Notes: generated by a model from the letters alone, not told the origin. A stretch of DNA of 64,000 nucleotides from Thermoanaerobaculia bacterium (GCA_963664405.1 OY761158.1:2752001-2816000); one strand, 5' to 3'; positions 50,860-61,375 are shown, numbered from the stretch's first letter. Numbers and translations: made by a program.

Positions 50860-51717
50860 TCAGGTCCTGGGATCCAAAGATACCCGCGCCGGCGCGACAG
50901 GCTGGCCTGGAATGTCGACGTGAGCTCGATAGATAGTGCCTGAGTGATCGGACTCTGCTCCGCGGGAACCGGTCACGATGAAGAGGTCGTGCAGCTCGGC
51001 GCCCCCGAAGCAGACGCTGGTGACCATCGGAAGAGGAACCTCGATGGCGGACCGTTCGTTGCCGTCGGGGGCAAACACTCGCACCTTTCCTCCCCCGGCA
51101 ACGGCGACAAAAACTGCTCCATCCTCTGCCACGGCGAGACCGTCGGGGGCCCCGTCGTCGAAGGTGGCGAAGACACGTCGCTCCGAGACACTTCCGTCTT
51201 CCCGCACGTCGTAGACCCCGACGATTTGGCGCCGAGAATCGGAGTGGTAAAGACGGCTGCCATCGGGTGAGAAGCCGAGTCCGTTGGTGAGAAGAATGCC
51301 CTCCGCGAGAACACGAGTGCTGCCGTCGAGGTCGAGCAAGTGAAGGGCCCCCGATCGCTGCTCGACTCCCGGGTCGAAAGGACTCGCTCCCAGGGAGCCT
51401 ACGTATACGCGGCCAGCGAAGTCCGTAGTCAGGTCGTTGAAGCCGACCCCTCCGCAGGCTTCGCGGTCGAGAAGTATCGCGGTGCCCTCGGTGGCTGGCC
51501 CTTTGTAGGCGACATTGCGGCCGCCGACTACGAGCCCGCCACGGTGGTGGAGCGCCATGCCGCCGATGCCGCGCCTGTGCTCGACTACTTGGGATACCTC
51601 TCCGTCGGCAGCGAGGCAGAAAACTCCGCCGTCGTGCACATCGCTGAAGAGTAGACCCCGCTCTGCGTCCCAGACCGGCCCTTCGATGAGAGTGAATCCG
51701 CTTGCCAGCTCCTTCAT
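50860..51717 (-). CDS. SMP-30/gluconolactonase family protein
   Basis: EGPVWD, FND, NGLGFSPDG, PDG, TSVCFGG. Confidence 0.92.
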   Translation of the reverse strand: MKELASGFTLIEGPVWDAERGLLFSDVHDGGVFCLAADGEVSQVVEHRRGIGGMALHHRGGLVVGGRNVAYKGPATEGTAILLDREACGGVGFNDLTTDFAGRVYVGSLGASPFDPGVEQRSGALHLLDLDGSTRVLAEGILLTNGLGFSPDGSRLYHSDSRRQIVGVYDVREDGSVSERRVFATFDDGAPDGLAVAEDGAVFVAVAGGGKVRVFAPDGNERSAIEVPLPMVTSVCFGGAELHDLFIVTGSRGAESDHSGTIYRAHVDIPGQPVAPARVSLDPRT

Positions 51718-51739
51718 CGTCCCCTCACCTCTCTTGGGA

Positions 51740-51802
51740 TGCGCCGTCCTCGGCGCCATGTTGCGTAGCCGATGGGAGTGATAGCGATCATTCCGTCGCC
51801 TA
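51740..51802. repeat. Divergent copy of the REP-like repeat at 16.0-16.2 kb
   Basis: TGCGCCGTCCTCGGCGCC..TAGCCGATGGGAGTGATAGCGATCATTCCGTCGCCTA. Confidence 0.75.
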
Positions 51803-52648
51803 TACCTTGAAAGTTCGCACCAAGTTCTTCTCGGCGCCCTCCGCTACCGAGGCTTCGAGCTCCACGTAACCTTCAAGGCCGCTGCCCCTCAGTTTCTCTC
51901 GAAAGAGGCTGTCGAGTTGAAAGACCCCTGCAGAGTTGGTCATGTTGACCGAGATTCGCACGGCCTTTTTGTCGCCGGCGTCGATCGTTACCGACTCGAT
52001 CGCAGCGGCCGAGATCGAGTGGATGCTCTGCGAGCCCTTCTCGAACGGGATGCGGGAGCGCCCCTGCGCCATGTCGAGAGCGTCCGCGATGCGTACGACC
52101 CCTGCTTCCAGCGTCATTGGCTTGCCACCGGATCGGTGCGAAATGATGGCATGGAGGATCTCGGAGCGGATAATGGCCCCCTCCCGTGCACCGTAGACTA
52201 CGGGCAGCAACTCTTTGAGCTTGGAGTCGGCGAGAAAGAGTGAATAGGACTCGTGGTCGGCGCGATGAATCGACATTCCGAGATCGTGAAACAAGGCGGC
52301 GAAAGCGACGACGACTTCAGCGTCTCCGGGCTCCATTCCGTAATTGTGAGTAACTGAAGGCTCGACGCCGCTCTTCAAGATCAACCTCAGCAACTTGAGG
52401 GCGATGTTCATTACGATCTTGACGTGCACAGGGCCGTGGTCGGTCATTCCGAGCCGTTCCATCGCGTTGACGTTGACTGCCAGCCATAGAGCGTAGACAT
52501 CGTCATCCTCGTTGAGATGCTCGATCAGGGCCTTGAGCTTCGGATCTGTCCGGGGTGGCGCGTTGATCCGGACACGATTGGCGAAACGCTCCTCGATGGT
52601 GCGGCCGGTGTCTGCCAGCTCCTCGCTTGTGGTACTTGCTTCGTTCAT
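51800..52648 (-). CDS. HD-domain phosphohydrolase
   Basis: DHGPVH, HDLGMSIHR, ADALD. Confidence 0.88.
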   Translation of the reverse strand: MNEASTTSEELADTGRTIEERFANRVRINAPPRTDPKLKALIEHLNEDDDVYALWLAVNVNAMERLGMTDHGPVHVKIVMNIALKLLRLILKSGVEPSVTHNYGMEPGDAEVVVAFAALFHDLGMSIHRADHESYSLFLADSKLKELLPVVYGAREGAIIRSEILHAIISHRSGGKPMTLEAGVVRIADALDMAQGRSRIPFEKGSQSIHSISAAAIESVTIDAGDKKAVRISVNMTNSAGVFQLDSLFREKLRGSGLEGYVELEASVAEGAEKNLVRTFKV

Positions 52649-52830
52649 GGCTGGGTCTCCGATCGGGGCTGGATATGCCGGCTCGGTGTTCGCCAGCAGC
52701 CGCCCTTCTAGAGCTTCTTAAGGGTGTAGTTTCTGAGTTTCCGAGTCAAGCCCGAGGTGCCGGGCTATGTTCGCCTGACGATGCGCTGACGGCCGCTGCG
52801 TACCCTGATGCCGAGCTCGGAGAGCGAAGA

Positions 52831-53058
52831 ATGAACGAGATCCCCGCAAGCCGTCGCATTGTTGAGACCTTGCTGGTGCGGGCGATGCTCGAGCACGAGT
52901 CCGGTAATCGTGAGGCCGCCGCCGACTTCGCCGCCGCGGTACTCATGATGCTCGATGGAGATCGAGACAGAGAACTGGTCGTGGAGGCCAGACGTGTGTT
53001 GCTGGTCTCCGGCGTCGTTGGGCTGGGGGATGACGTCACTCCTCCTCAGTCGAGGTAA
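52831..53058 (+). CDS. Small hypothetical protein
   Basis: GGAGAG upstream; helical composition. Confidence 0.35.
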   Translation: MNEIPASRRIVETLLVRAMLEHESGNREAAADFAAAVLMMLDGDRDRELVVEARRVLLVSGVVGLGDDVTPPQSR

Positions 53059-53072
53059 GAGAGCCTCGACTG

Positions 53073-53375
53073 TCAGCCGCGGTCCCGCCGCGCCGCCAGC
53101 TGATTGTAGATCCAGGCTACACACCAGCCCATGCAGGCGCCGACGAGGCCGCCGTAGACCAGGCCCAGGACAGAGCCTCGCCAAGACACTGAGTAGCCGG
53201 GGAAGTAATTGTGCAGAAGGGAGAGGTGCTCTCCAACGCTAACGCCTCCGCGCAGGACCAGCCATGCTGTGGCCACGAACAGTCCGATCCCGAATACCAT
53301 CGAGAAGACCACTGCCATGATCCCAGCCCGCAGACGCGCGACGGCGGCTGCGATCAGCTCAGTCTCTTCGTTCAT
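53073..53375 (-). CDS. Small membrane protein paralogous to the C-terminus of the upstream oxidoreductase
   Basis: GLFVATAWLVLRGG..VGEHLSLLHNY..SW. Confidence 0.75.
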   Translation of the reverse strand: MNEETELIAAAVARLRAGIMAVVFSMVFGIGLFVATAWLVLRGGVSVGEHLSLLHNYFPGYSVSWRGSVLGLVYGGLVGACMGWCVAWIYNQLAARRDRG

Positions 53376-55187
53376 TCGTCGCCGCTCTCGAACAATTCCA
53401 GGGCTCCGGTCGCCTCGAGTCCCCTTCGCAGGCTCGCTTCATGCCATCCCACCTGGACATTGATCGCTTTGGCGAGGACCCAGCCGAGCCCGAAACCGCC
53501 GATGCCGGCTTCGGCGGCCCCGATGACCGCGCCCTGCCAGGAAGCGTTGAAGCCAACCAGGTAGTTCCCGAGCAAGGATAGGTTCATACCGACTCTCGAG
53601 CCTCCTTTCAGTAGGAGGAGCGCGGTGGCAAGGAAGAGGCCAGGGGCACCTGTCGCGCCGATGGCACCGCCCAGGGCCACGGGATCGTAGCGCGCGAAGG
53701 CCGACCTCATCAGCTCGTCTACTGGGGCCGCATTCACCGTTCCGGGAGTTGCCCGATCTCCCGCCCCGGTGGCGGATTGGCTCGCCTCTTCGTGGTAGTC
53801 ACTGTCGACGTTGACTGCCCACACATCATGGCTGGCGCCGGCTATGTTGCGAGCGGCGAGGATGCCGGTCAGCATCGAGTGGTCCTGGTTGTTGTATCGG
53901 TGCTGGCCGTTGCGACCGACGGTTTGAAGATTCTCGAAGGTTTCGATGAACGAGCGCAGAGTCTTCAGCGCCTCTTGGTAGCCCTCATCGTAAACCGGGT
54001 AGGCCTTGGGCACTCGGATTACGACACCGTCCAGCACTTCTCCGCTGTCGAGCAGGCCGAGTTTCACACACTCTCGCTCGCCCAGCTCGATCAGGTCGCT
54101 GTCCTCCGATTCCCACAGAGAGTCTCCCTGCTGCACGAAGTACTCTAGCCCCAGGCTCGTTTTCTCGGAGTCCGGGACCATATCGGGACTCCAGTTCTTG
54201 AAGTTCTGGATCCTGCCCATCTTCACCTCCGGGGCATGGATGTAGATCCAATTGTCGGGAAAGATATTGGGCCGATCAACGATGAGGCCGACCGTCATGA
54301 AGTCTCGATATCGAAGGCTTCGTGCTGCGGCCATGACCTCCGGCGGCGGGGGCGGATCTAGAGCAAAGAGGAGGCTGCTGATCGGCATCGACGAGATGAC
54401 GTGCTCCGGCCGTAGGCTTTGCCCGTCGCCGTTGCTGCCCCTCCACCTCGATGCCGACGATGCGGCGGTTGTCGTGCTCGATCCTGCATACCTCGGAACG
54501 CAAGTGTGTCTCGATGCCCTGCTCTGCCAGCCGGTCGCGGCAACGCTCCCACATCATGCCGGGTCCGTGGCGCGGGTAGTGGAAGCTATCGATGAGCGTA
54601 GTGACCACTTCGCCCTTCTTCGAGGCTTGGCCCAGGAGAGCGTTTCGGAGCGCAGTCGCGAGATCGAGGTTCTTGATTCTTTGGCTCGCCCACTCGGCGC
54701 CGATCTCGCTGCACGGGATGCCCCACACCTTCTCGGTGTAGGTCTCGAAGAAGATCTCGAACAGTCTTCTGCCGAAACGGTTGACAACCCATTGTTCGAA
54801 GTTCGTCTCGGCGGTTGGGAAGAGCCGCGCCGCAAGGTAGCTGGCGCCGATTCGCGTGGCCTCCACGGGGCCAAGCCCGGTCAGAGCGTTCAGGGGGCGG
54901 AGGGGATAGTCGAAGAAGTGGTTCTGATAGAAGATCCGTGAAAGGCGGGGCCTTTCGAGGAGATCTTCACCCAGGAGTTCTTCCCAGACTTGGCGGACCA
55001 GCTCGACTTTGGTGAAGAAGCGATGCCCCCCCAGGTCAAAGCGATACCCCTGGTAGTGAACCGTGCGGGAGATTCCACCCACGACCGGGTCTTTCTCCAG
55101 CACGATAGCCGGAAGGTCGAGCTTCGCTAGCTCCCAAGCCGCAGTCAAGCCTGCGGGCCCTGCTCCGATGACTGCCGTACGATTCAT
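53372..55187 (-). CDS. FAD-dependent oxidoreductase (UDP-galactopyranose mutase/PPO-like) with membrane tail; one frameshift near 54438
   Basis: IGAGPAG, FDLGGHRFFTK, AYPVYD, GRNGQHRYNNQDH; the shift lies in a G4 run and may be a sequencing error. Confidence 0.8.
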
Positions 55188-55194
55188 GGCTCCC

Positions 55195-57146
55195 CTAGCA
55201 CTGAGGTTCGGTCTCCTGGTCCGAGCTTGTTGGCCGATACCCTTCCCGTTCGCGTAGCACGACCACGTCTCCGCCTCCGAGTGTTCCATGGAAGCGCTTG
55301 GCCGTTTCGAAGCTTGCCAGCAGTTCTGTCCACATCTGCGGGTCGTTGGCTTTGAGGTGCCCACCAAAGTGAGGATGACCCAGGTCGTACCGGCGGCTGA
55401 AAGATGGGCTTGGAGCGCCTCGACCGACGAAGCCCCTGCCATCCCGGGGGCGTAGAGAGCTCTGTAGACCGAAAGCGCCATCCCCACGGCGACCGATCGG
55501 ATCCTCGGGAGCCTTCTGCGCGAGAACCCAGTCTCGCGCTCCGGTGAAGTCCTGCTTTGGACTGCGGTAGTTGCGAGGCAGGGCCAAGGCCGACAGCAGG
55601 ATCAGGGCAAGGACGAATATGGCTCCCAGATTCTGCCTAGCTCCACGAAGTCGATCGCCGAGGTCGTCTCCCAAGAGTCGCGTACCCACGACTACGAAGA
55701 GGGCGGCGAAGCCGAGCTCGTTGAAGAAGAAGCGGGGCCACAAGTTTCTCTCGAGTAGAGCCAATGTGCTCCCACCAAGAACGGCGGGAAGGACGAAGCA
55801 CCAAGTGGCAACCGGTGTCCGTCGCCATAAGCTTCTGGTGCCTATGAGCAAGACCAGCGCGGCCGCGATCAGCCCGGTCCAGCCCAGTACCGACCCGATC
55901 GCGAGTCCACGCACGGTTTCCGCTAGCGCCCAAAGGGGGCTCTTCCACTCTTCAGGTCCGGTGCCGGCGCCGGCGGATGGTTGGGTGTAGAAGGCGAGGA
56001 CCTGGGGAAGGACCAGGGCGTAGAGCTGCAGCGTCAGCGTTGTGGCAAGAAGGAAGCCGACCCCTGGGCGCCATCGCAGAGTAGAGCCACTCTGCCGCAC
56101 TAGACCAGCGTTTCCAAAGTTCGTGTGCAATAGCTCGAGGTCATTCTGTTCGCTGGCCAGGCGCGCCGACGCAGGCATATTGGGCAATATGTCGAGGAGG
56201 CGAAACGCCGCCAGCGGACAGAAGGGGCCGAGATATGTGCGCGAACTTTGGAAACGCTGGTCTAGCAGCGTGGCCACTACCAGAAAGTGGGCGGTCACAA
56301 CGAAGACCATGCTCAGATGGAGACCCATGCCCACCGCGACGACTCCCGAGTAGCCGATCCAGGTGGACCAGCGACCCTGCCACAGCCCCCGCAGCAGCAG
56401 GTCGGTTGCCAGCACAGTAGCGAAGAGGAGTCCGGTGTAGCCGCGGGCGTTTGAGAGAACCATACGTGGTGGTAGGACACGGCGAGCAGAGCGACGACCA
56501 GAATCGTGTCGCGCTGACTCGTGACGAGAGAGGCGAGACGCTGTGTTGCCCACAGGCTGGCAACGCCGAAGACGACTGCGGGAAGGCGCAGTGCGGCGGC
56601 GCTCTCTCCAAATGCGGAGACGCTGAGGTGCCCGAAGACCGAGTAGAGGAGGTGGTTGTTGTCATCCGTATAGCGGGTGAGGATCTGCCCTAGGGAGGGC
56701 CGTACGAACTTCACCAAGGTGGAGACTTCGTCGATCCACAGATCCTGGTGGATACCGATCCAGCGCAGCACGAGCGCTAGAGCCAGAAGGCCTACCAAGG
56801 CGAGCGGGTAGCCCCTGCTGGGGGCAACTACCGTCTTGGTTGTGGGCGGTTGCCACAGAGAGTCCTCCGGACCGAGGACGGGCGCTTCACCTGCCCTTGG
56901 CCGCCAGACTGCAGCCACGAGCCAAAGGCCGTGAAAGAGGAGTAGCGCCTTGAAGAGCTTCGCGCCAACCTGCAGCTGCTCGAAGCGGGGGCCCGGATCA
57001 GGCTCCAGCCTAAGGATGACAGAGACCGGTAAGAGCACAGCCATCAAGACCAGGCTCGCGCCCAGGCCGAGACTAAGCGCTCGATCTCTCTTCGCCGCCT
57101 GGAGTGAGGGTCTGTGATGGTGGCGGGCCAAGGGTGATAGCTGCAC
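55195..57146 (-). pseudogene. GT39/ArnT-like glycosyltransferase with frameshifts and an in-frame palindromic insert
   Basis: DLWIDE, NNHLLY, ALRLP, ARGY; shifts near 56450, 55495 and 55365. Confidence 0.7.
56100..56265 (+). mobile_element. Palindromic element, subfamily A, inserted in frame (162 bp + CTAG)
   Basis: 24 bp perfect arms; adds 54 sense codons LDQRFQSS...TNFGNAG to the host frame. Confidence 0.9.
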
Positions 57147-57161
57147 TCGCTGGCCAGGCCT

Positions 57162-57593
57162 TCAGAGAAGCTCCGCGCGACACGAGATGATGTCGAAGGC
57201 ACCCCTTTCCGAAGAGAGCTCTACCTCTACATCTTGGGCGGAGGTCAGTTGAGACCAGATCGGATGCGATGCGCTTGGACAGGCGACCTCGGCTACCTTG
57301 CTGCTGCGGGTCCATCCGTTCATCATGATCAGCTCGCCGGCCAGCTCCGGAGGTACCGCCACTCGGTGGACGAGGGAGGAGGGGTGGTCTACATTGCGCC
57401 CGACCGACAACAGCCGCCATCCGGGCCGGATCTGTCCGGGAGTGAATTGACGACGATACTCATAGACAATGTCGGCCGGGATGTGGGACCGAGGTTGACG
57501 AAGCTGGCTCTGCCACACCAAGGCGAGGACTAGCCCGAGGCCGACGAAGGCAGCGATCAGCCAGAGAACCTTGGACCGTCGTGGTGGATTCAT
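57162..57593 (-). CDS. Membrane-anchored hypothetical protein
   Basis: N-terminal TM; ATG overlaps the upstream stop. Confidence 0.5.
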   Translation of the reverse strand: MNPPRRSKVLWLIAAFVGLGLVLALVWQSQLRQPRSHIPADIVYEYRRQFTPGQIRPGWRLLSVGRNVDHPSSLVHRVAVPPELAGELIMMNGWTRSSKVAEVACPSASHPIWSQLTSAQDVEVELSSERGAFDIISCRAELL

Positions 57594-58081
57594 GAAGGGA
57601 GGGAGCTTACATTGCCCGGAGGCGAGCCGGACAGCTCCTCCAGGCGGTCGATGAAAGGTGATTGGGCGGGGTTTATCCTCTTCCTTGCTTCTGCGAGAGA
57701 GAAGAATTCTGCCCGGTCTACTTCCGGAAAGTGCTGGATGTTGCCCGAGCGCGGTGGCCACTCGAGCTCGAAGGTATTGCTCGACACAAGCGAAGTGTCG
57801 CAGTCGCCCTCGACCGCCCACGCTTCGACGATCTTGCCGCTCCTCAGGCGGACTGTTCCAAGCTCGAGGAGCTCGGCCAAGGGCACCGTAAAGCCCGTTT
57901 CTTCTTCGAATTCCCGGCGGGCTGCGGCGATCGCCTCCTCGCTCTCCTCGACCAGGCCTTTGGGGAGGGTCCAAGCGCCGAGGTCACGGTTACGAAAAAA
58001 GGGACCGCCCGGGTGGGCCAGGAGAGCCTCGAGACCGAGGCTCGTCCGTCGATACATCAACAGGCCGGCACTTCTCTTCAT
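57590..58081 (-). CDS. NUDIX hydrolase
   Basis: HPGGP, PKG..AARREFEEETG, FPEVDRA. Confidence 0.9.
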   Translation of the reverse strand: MKRSAGLLMYRRTSLGLEALLAHPGGPFFRNRDLGAWTLPKGLVEESEEAIAAARREFEEETGFTVPLAELLELGTVRLRSGKIVEAWAVEGDCDTSLVSSNTFELEWPPRSGNIQHFPEVDRAEFFSLAEARKRINPAQSPFIDRLEELSGSPPGNVSSLPS

Positions 58082-59079
58082 TCAGTGGTTTGGGAGGCTC
58101 GGACGATCCCGAGGGCGTCGCCAATCTCGTCGCGCATGCGACAGCACTCTTGCCGGCTCGCCTCTGCCCATCCTTCATCGCCGAGCTCCTGATATCGAGG
58201 CGCCCGATAGGCGAAGAGAATGCTACGAGACGCATTGACGACTACGCCACGGTTGTCTGCGTCAAAGGCGGCCGCGACGTCGGTAGCGGCGGCGCCCTGA
58301 GCTCCGTATCCGGGCACCAGGAACGGCAGTTGGGGAAAGGCCCTGCGCAGTGCGCCTGCCTGGCCGGGGCTCGTTGCCCCGACTACCAGTCCGGCCGCGG
58401 CGAAGCCGTGCTCGCCGATCGAAGTCTCGCCGAGACGAGAGACCATCTTGCCGACGGCGGTGTGCAGCGGCTGGCGGGGACTCTCAGCGCCAACCTGCAG
58501 CTCTTGAAGCTCTGCGGAGCCGGGGTTGGAAGTCTTGGCGAGAACGAACAGTCCCTTTCCCCGCTCGAAATAGGAGGCGAAGGGCTCGAGACTGTCTGTG
58601 CCCAGATAAGGGCTCACGGTCATTGCGTCTGCTTCGAGCCCTCCGTGTTCCGCTGCTGGACCGAGGTAGTAGTCCGCATAAGCCTGGGCGGTAGAGCCGA
58701 TGTCGCCCCGCTTGGCGTCCACGAGTACCAACAGCCCCAACTCGCGCGCTCGACCTACGACTCTCTCCAGTGCTTCCCACCCCGGCGGGCCGAGCCGCTC
58801 GAAGAACGCGACCTGTGGCTTCACGATCGCGACGACGTCGGCGACAGCTTCCAACAGCTCGTCAAAGAAGCGTTGAGCTGCTGCTGCCGCGACCTCCCGC
58901 CGCGGGCTGCTCGATAGGTGACGCAGCGGGGCGGGGAATAGGTCGAGGTGCGGGTCGAGGCCGACCATCACCGGGCTACGCTTGGCTTCGATCGCTTCGA
59001 TGAGCCTGTCACCGAAGAGGGCCGCGTCCGCGGAAGACGGAGGTTGCAGCGTGCTCGTTGAATCCTCGTGTACGACCAT
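58078..59079 (-). CDS. pyrF: Orotidine-5'-phosphate decarboxylase
   Basis: VGLDP, DAKRGDIGST, KTSNPGS, LVPGYGAQG, NASR. Confidence 0.93.
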   Translation of the reverse strand: MVVHEDSTSTLQPPSSADAALFGDRLIEAIEAKRSPVMVGLDPHLDLFPAPLRHLSSSPRREVAAAAAQRFFDELLEAVADVVAIVKPQVAFFERLGPPGWEALERVVGRARELGLLVLVDAKRGDIGSTAQAYADYYLGPAAEHGGLEADAMTVSPYLGTDSLEPFASYFERGKGLFVLAKTSNPGSAELQELQVGAESPRQPLHTAVGKMVSRLGETSIGEHGFAAAGLVVGATSPGQAGALRRAFPQLPFLVPGYGAQGAAATDVAAAFDADNRGVVVNASRSILFAYRAPRYQELGDEGWAEASRQECCRMRDEIGDALGIVRASQTTE

Positions 59080-59200
59080 GATTTGAGTATACCTAGAGTC
59101 GCTGGAGCGCTGAAGATTCGGGTCCGAGGGACGTGAGCTTCTGACTGCCGGACCTGTCATGCTAAGATAGACCCTCTTCTATAAGAACCGGAGCTCGACT

Positions 59201-59722
59201 ATGCGGAAGATCATCATGCTTGCTCTCGTCGCCGTCGTTCTCGTCGGCACCATTCCAGCTGTCGCGGATTCCCTCGAGGTGCATTTGCGGAATGGGAACA
59301 TGCTCGGAACGCGCTATGTCCCCACGCAGTCGCCCTGGGATTCGTCGAAGGTCATGCTTCTTACGCTTATGGGGAACCGAGTTTCGATCCCTGCCGACGA
59401 CATCGTACGAATCGTTTCGGGGAGGCGGAGCTCCGCTCATGGGGTCCGTCTCGATTCGCTGACGGTGCTTATCGGCGTAGCCCCCAACGACAAGTTGACT
59501 CCTGAAGAGGCTGCGGCCCTCGAGGGGCAGTTTCCCCAACAGCAGCTGTCACCTTCCTACAATATTGAACAGTTTGCCGAGCCCGATGGAACCGGCGGCA
59601 TTCCGTTGAATTTTCTCGGAATGACGACACCTCCGCTCGGTCGTGCCAACACCTTTGGTGGTGCTGCAAGTCTGCGACGGGGTGGCGGCGGTAACTTCGG
59701 TGAACCGCAGACTCGAAACTAG
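59201..59722 (+). CDS. Secreted hypothetical protein
   Basis: Signal peptide; GGAG RBS. Confidence 0.55.
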   Translation: MRKIIMLALVAVVLVGTIPAVADSLEVHLRNGNMLGTRYVPTQSPWDSSKVMLLTLMGNRVSIPADDIVRIVSGRRSSAHGVRLDSLTVLIGVAPNDKLTPEEAAALEGQFPQQQLSPSYNIEQFAEPDGTGGIPLNFLGMTTPPLGRANTFGGAASLRRGGGGNFGEPQTRN

Positions 59723-59749
59723 GGGAAGGCCGGACCCGACAGGGACTGA

Positions 59750-59926
59750 ATGGTCAAAAGGATCGCTTGGTCGGTCGCCTTCGGTATCTTGACTCTTGCG
59801 GTGACCCTGTTCTGGCGCGGCTTCCCTCTTCGACTCGCTCTGTTGAGCGGAGTTGCCGTCGGCATTCTGCTCTACTCGACGTCGGAAACGATCGGCCGAG
59901 TTGCGGCCCTTTATCGCAAGAGCTGA
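59750..59926 (+). CDS. Small 2-TM protein (58 aa, not in the ORF track)
   Basis: MVKRIAWSVAFGILTLAVTLFWRGFPLRLALLSGVAVGILLY... Confidence 0.45.
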   Translation: MVKRIAWSVAFGILTLAVTLFWRGFPLRLALLSGVAVGILLYSTSETIGRVAALYRKS

Positions 59927-60104
59927 CGAGGGTCGTGATGACTTCGAAGCGCCTGATATTGTCGACCGGCTTATTCTGTGCTTGGTTCCTCTTGCTCATG
60001 AGCGGTGTAGCGTTTGCCGGTTCTGTGCATCTACTGCTCCTCGCTTCTTTGTTCGCAGTGCCGTGGCGGCAGGGTGCGAATCGATCCTAGTTGAGAGTTT
60101 CGAG

Positions 60105-60659
60105 GTGGGTGCTCCCAAGCCAAGACCCTGGCGGCTACTGTCGAGACACCTATTGTTTCGGCACTCCCTCTTCTCGCTCGAGGAGCAGAAGTTGGTCGCT
60201 GACGAGTCTGACCATAGGGACGCCCTGGTTCTTCATCCTTCCGGCTGGGTGAACATGATTGCTCTAACCGAGGACCAGGAAGTTCTCCTAGTGCGTCAAT
60301 GGCGCTTCGGCAGCGGAGAGCTGACCCTAGAGATTCCGGGGGGCATGATCGATCCGGGTGAGCAAGAGCTCGATGCGGCTAAACGCGAGCTGCTCGAAGA
60401 GACTGGATATCGGGCGGGGGAGTGGACTCGTCTCGGTGAGGTTCGCCCCAATCCAGCATTCATGTCGAACCGATGCGGAACGTGGCTGGCAAGAGATCTC
60501 AGTTGGATCGAAGAGCCTAAAGGGGACGGGAGCGAGGAAATCCGTGTCGAGTCGGCTCCGCTCGCGGCGATTCCCGGGTTGATCTCGAGCGGCGAGATCT
60601 CGCATGCGCTCGTGGTGGCGGCGTTCTATCTCTACGAGCGGCGGCTAGCGCCGAGATGA
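60105..60659 (+). CDS. NUDIX hydrolase (ADP-ribose pyrophosphatase-like)
   Basis: LVRQWR, EIPGG, AAKRELLEETG, PNPA; start uncertain. Confidence 0.88.
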   Translation: MGAPKPRPWRLLSRHLLFRHSLFSLEEQKLVADESDHRDALVLHPSGWVNMIALTEDQEVLLVRQWRFGSGELTLEIPGGMIDPGEQELDAAKRELLEETGYRAGEWTRLGEVRPNPAFMSNRCGTWLARDLSWIEEPKGDGSEEIRVESAPLAAIPGLISSGEISHALVVAAFYLYERRLAPR

Positions 60660-61375
60660 ATCAGCTCGAGGCCGTCACCTTCGATGTCACTGGGACTCTG
60701 ATTCACTGCCCGCGAATGGCCGAGATCTACTCGGAGGTCCTGGGGCGCCACGGTATCGTGGCCAACGAGGAGGACATCCGAAGGCTGTTCCCGGTCGTGT
60801 GGCAGGAACTGGACTGCCGGACACCCAGTGGGCGAGATCGCTTCACGGATCATCCGGACGGGGCGATAGGCTGGTGGGGGCGGCTCATCGAGAGACTCTG
60901 TGAGCTCCTCGCTACCGCCCCCCCAACCCCCTTCACCGTTGCCGAGCTCTACCATCGCTTTGCTATGCCGTCGTCTTGGGAGGTCTACTCCGACACCCGT
61001 GCCGGTCTGCGAGCGCTGGAGCGGCTCGGCCTGCGACTGGCGGTGGTGAGCAACTTTGATGAGCGCCTGAGCGAGATTCTCGCCGGCTTGAGCCTAGCCG
61101 ATCACTTCGAAGAGGTGCTCTATTCTGCGCAGCTAGGCATCGCCAAGCCGGACCCGCGATTTTTTCATCATTGTCTCTCCGCTATGGAGGTGAAGCCCGG
61201 TGCCGCACTCCACGTCGGCAACCGCCGGCTGGAGGATGTCGAAGGGGCCGAAGCCGCAGGGATGACGGCCATCTTGATCCGTAGAACCGGCGAGGGGCCG
61301 GGGTGCACGGATCTTCGCGAGCTCGCTCATCGGGTGGCGGGGATGCTGCCGGGGTCTCCTTACGCTGCGGTATAG
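60656..61375 (+). CDS. HAD-superfamily hydrolase
   Basis: FDVTGTL, VSNFD, KPDPR. Confidence 0.88.
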   Translation: MNQLEAVTFDVTGTLIHCPRMAEIYSEVLGRHGIVANEEDIRRLFPVVWQELDCRTPSGRDRFTDHPDGAIGWWGRLIERLCELLATAPPTPFTVAELYHRFAMPSSWEVYSDTRAGLRALERLGLRLAVVSNFDERLSEILAGLSLADHFEEVLYSAQLGIAKPDPRFFHHCLSAMEVKPGAALHVGNRRLEDVEGAEAAGMTAILIRRTGEGPGCTDLRELAHRVAGMLPGSPYAAV

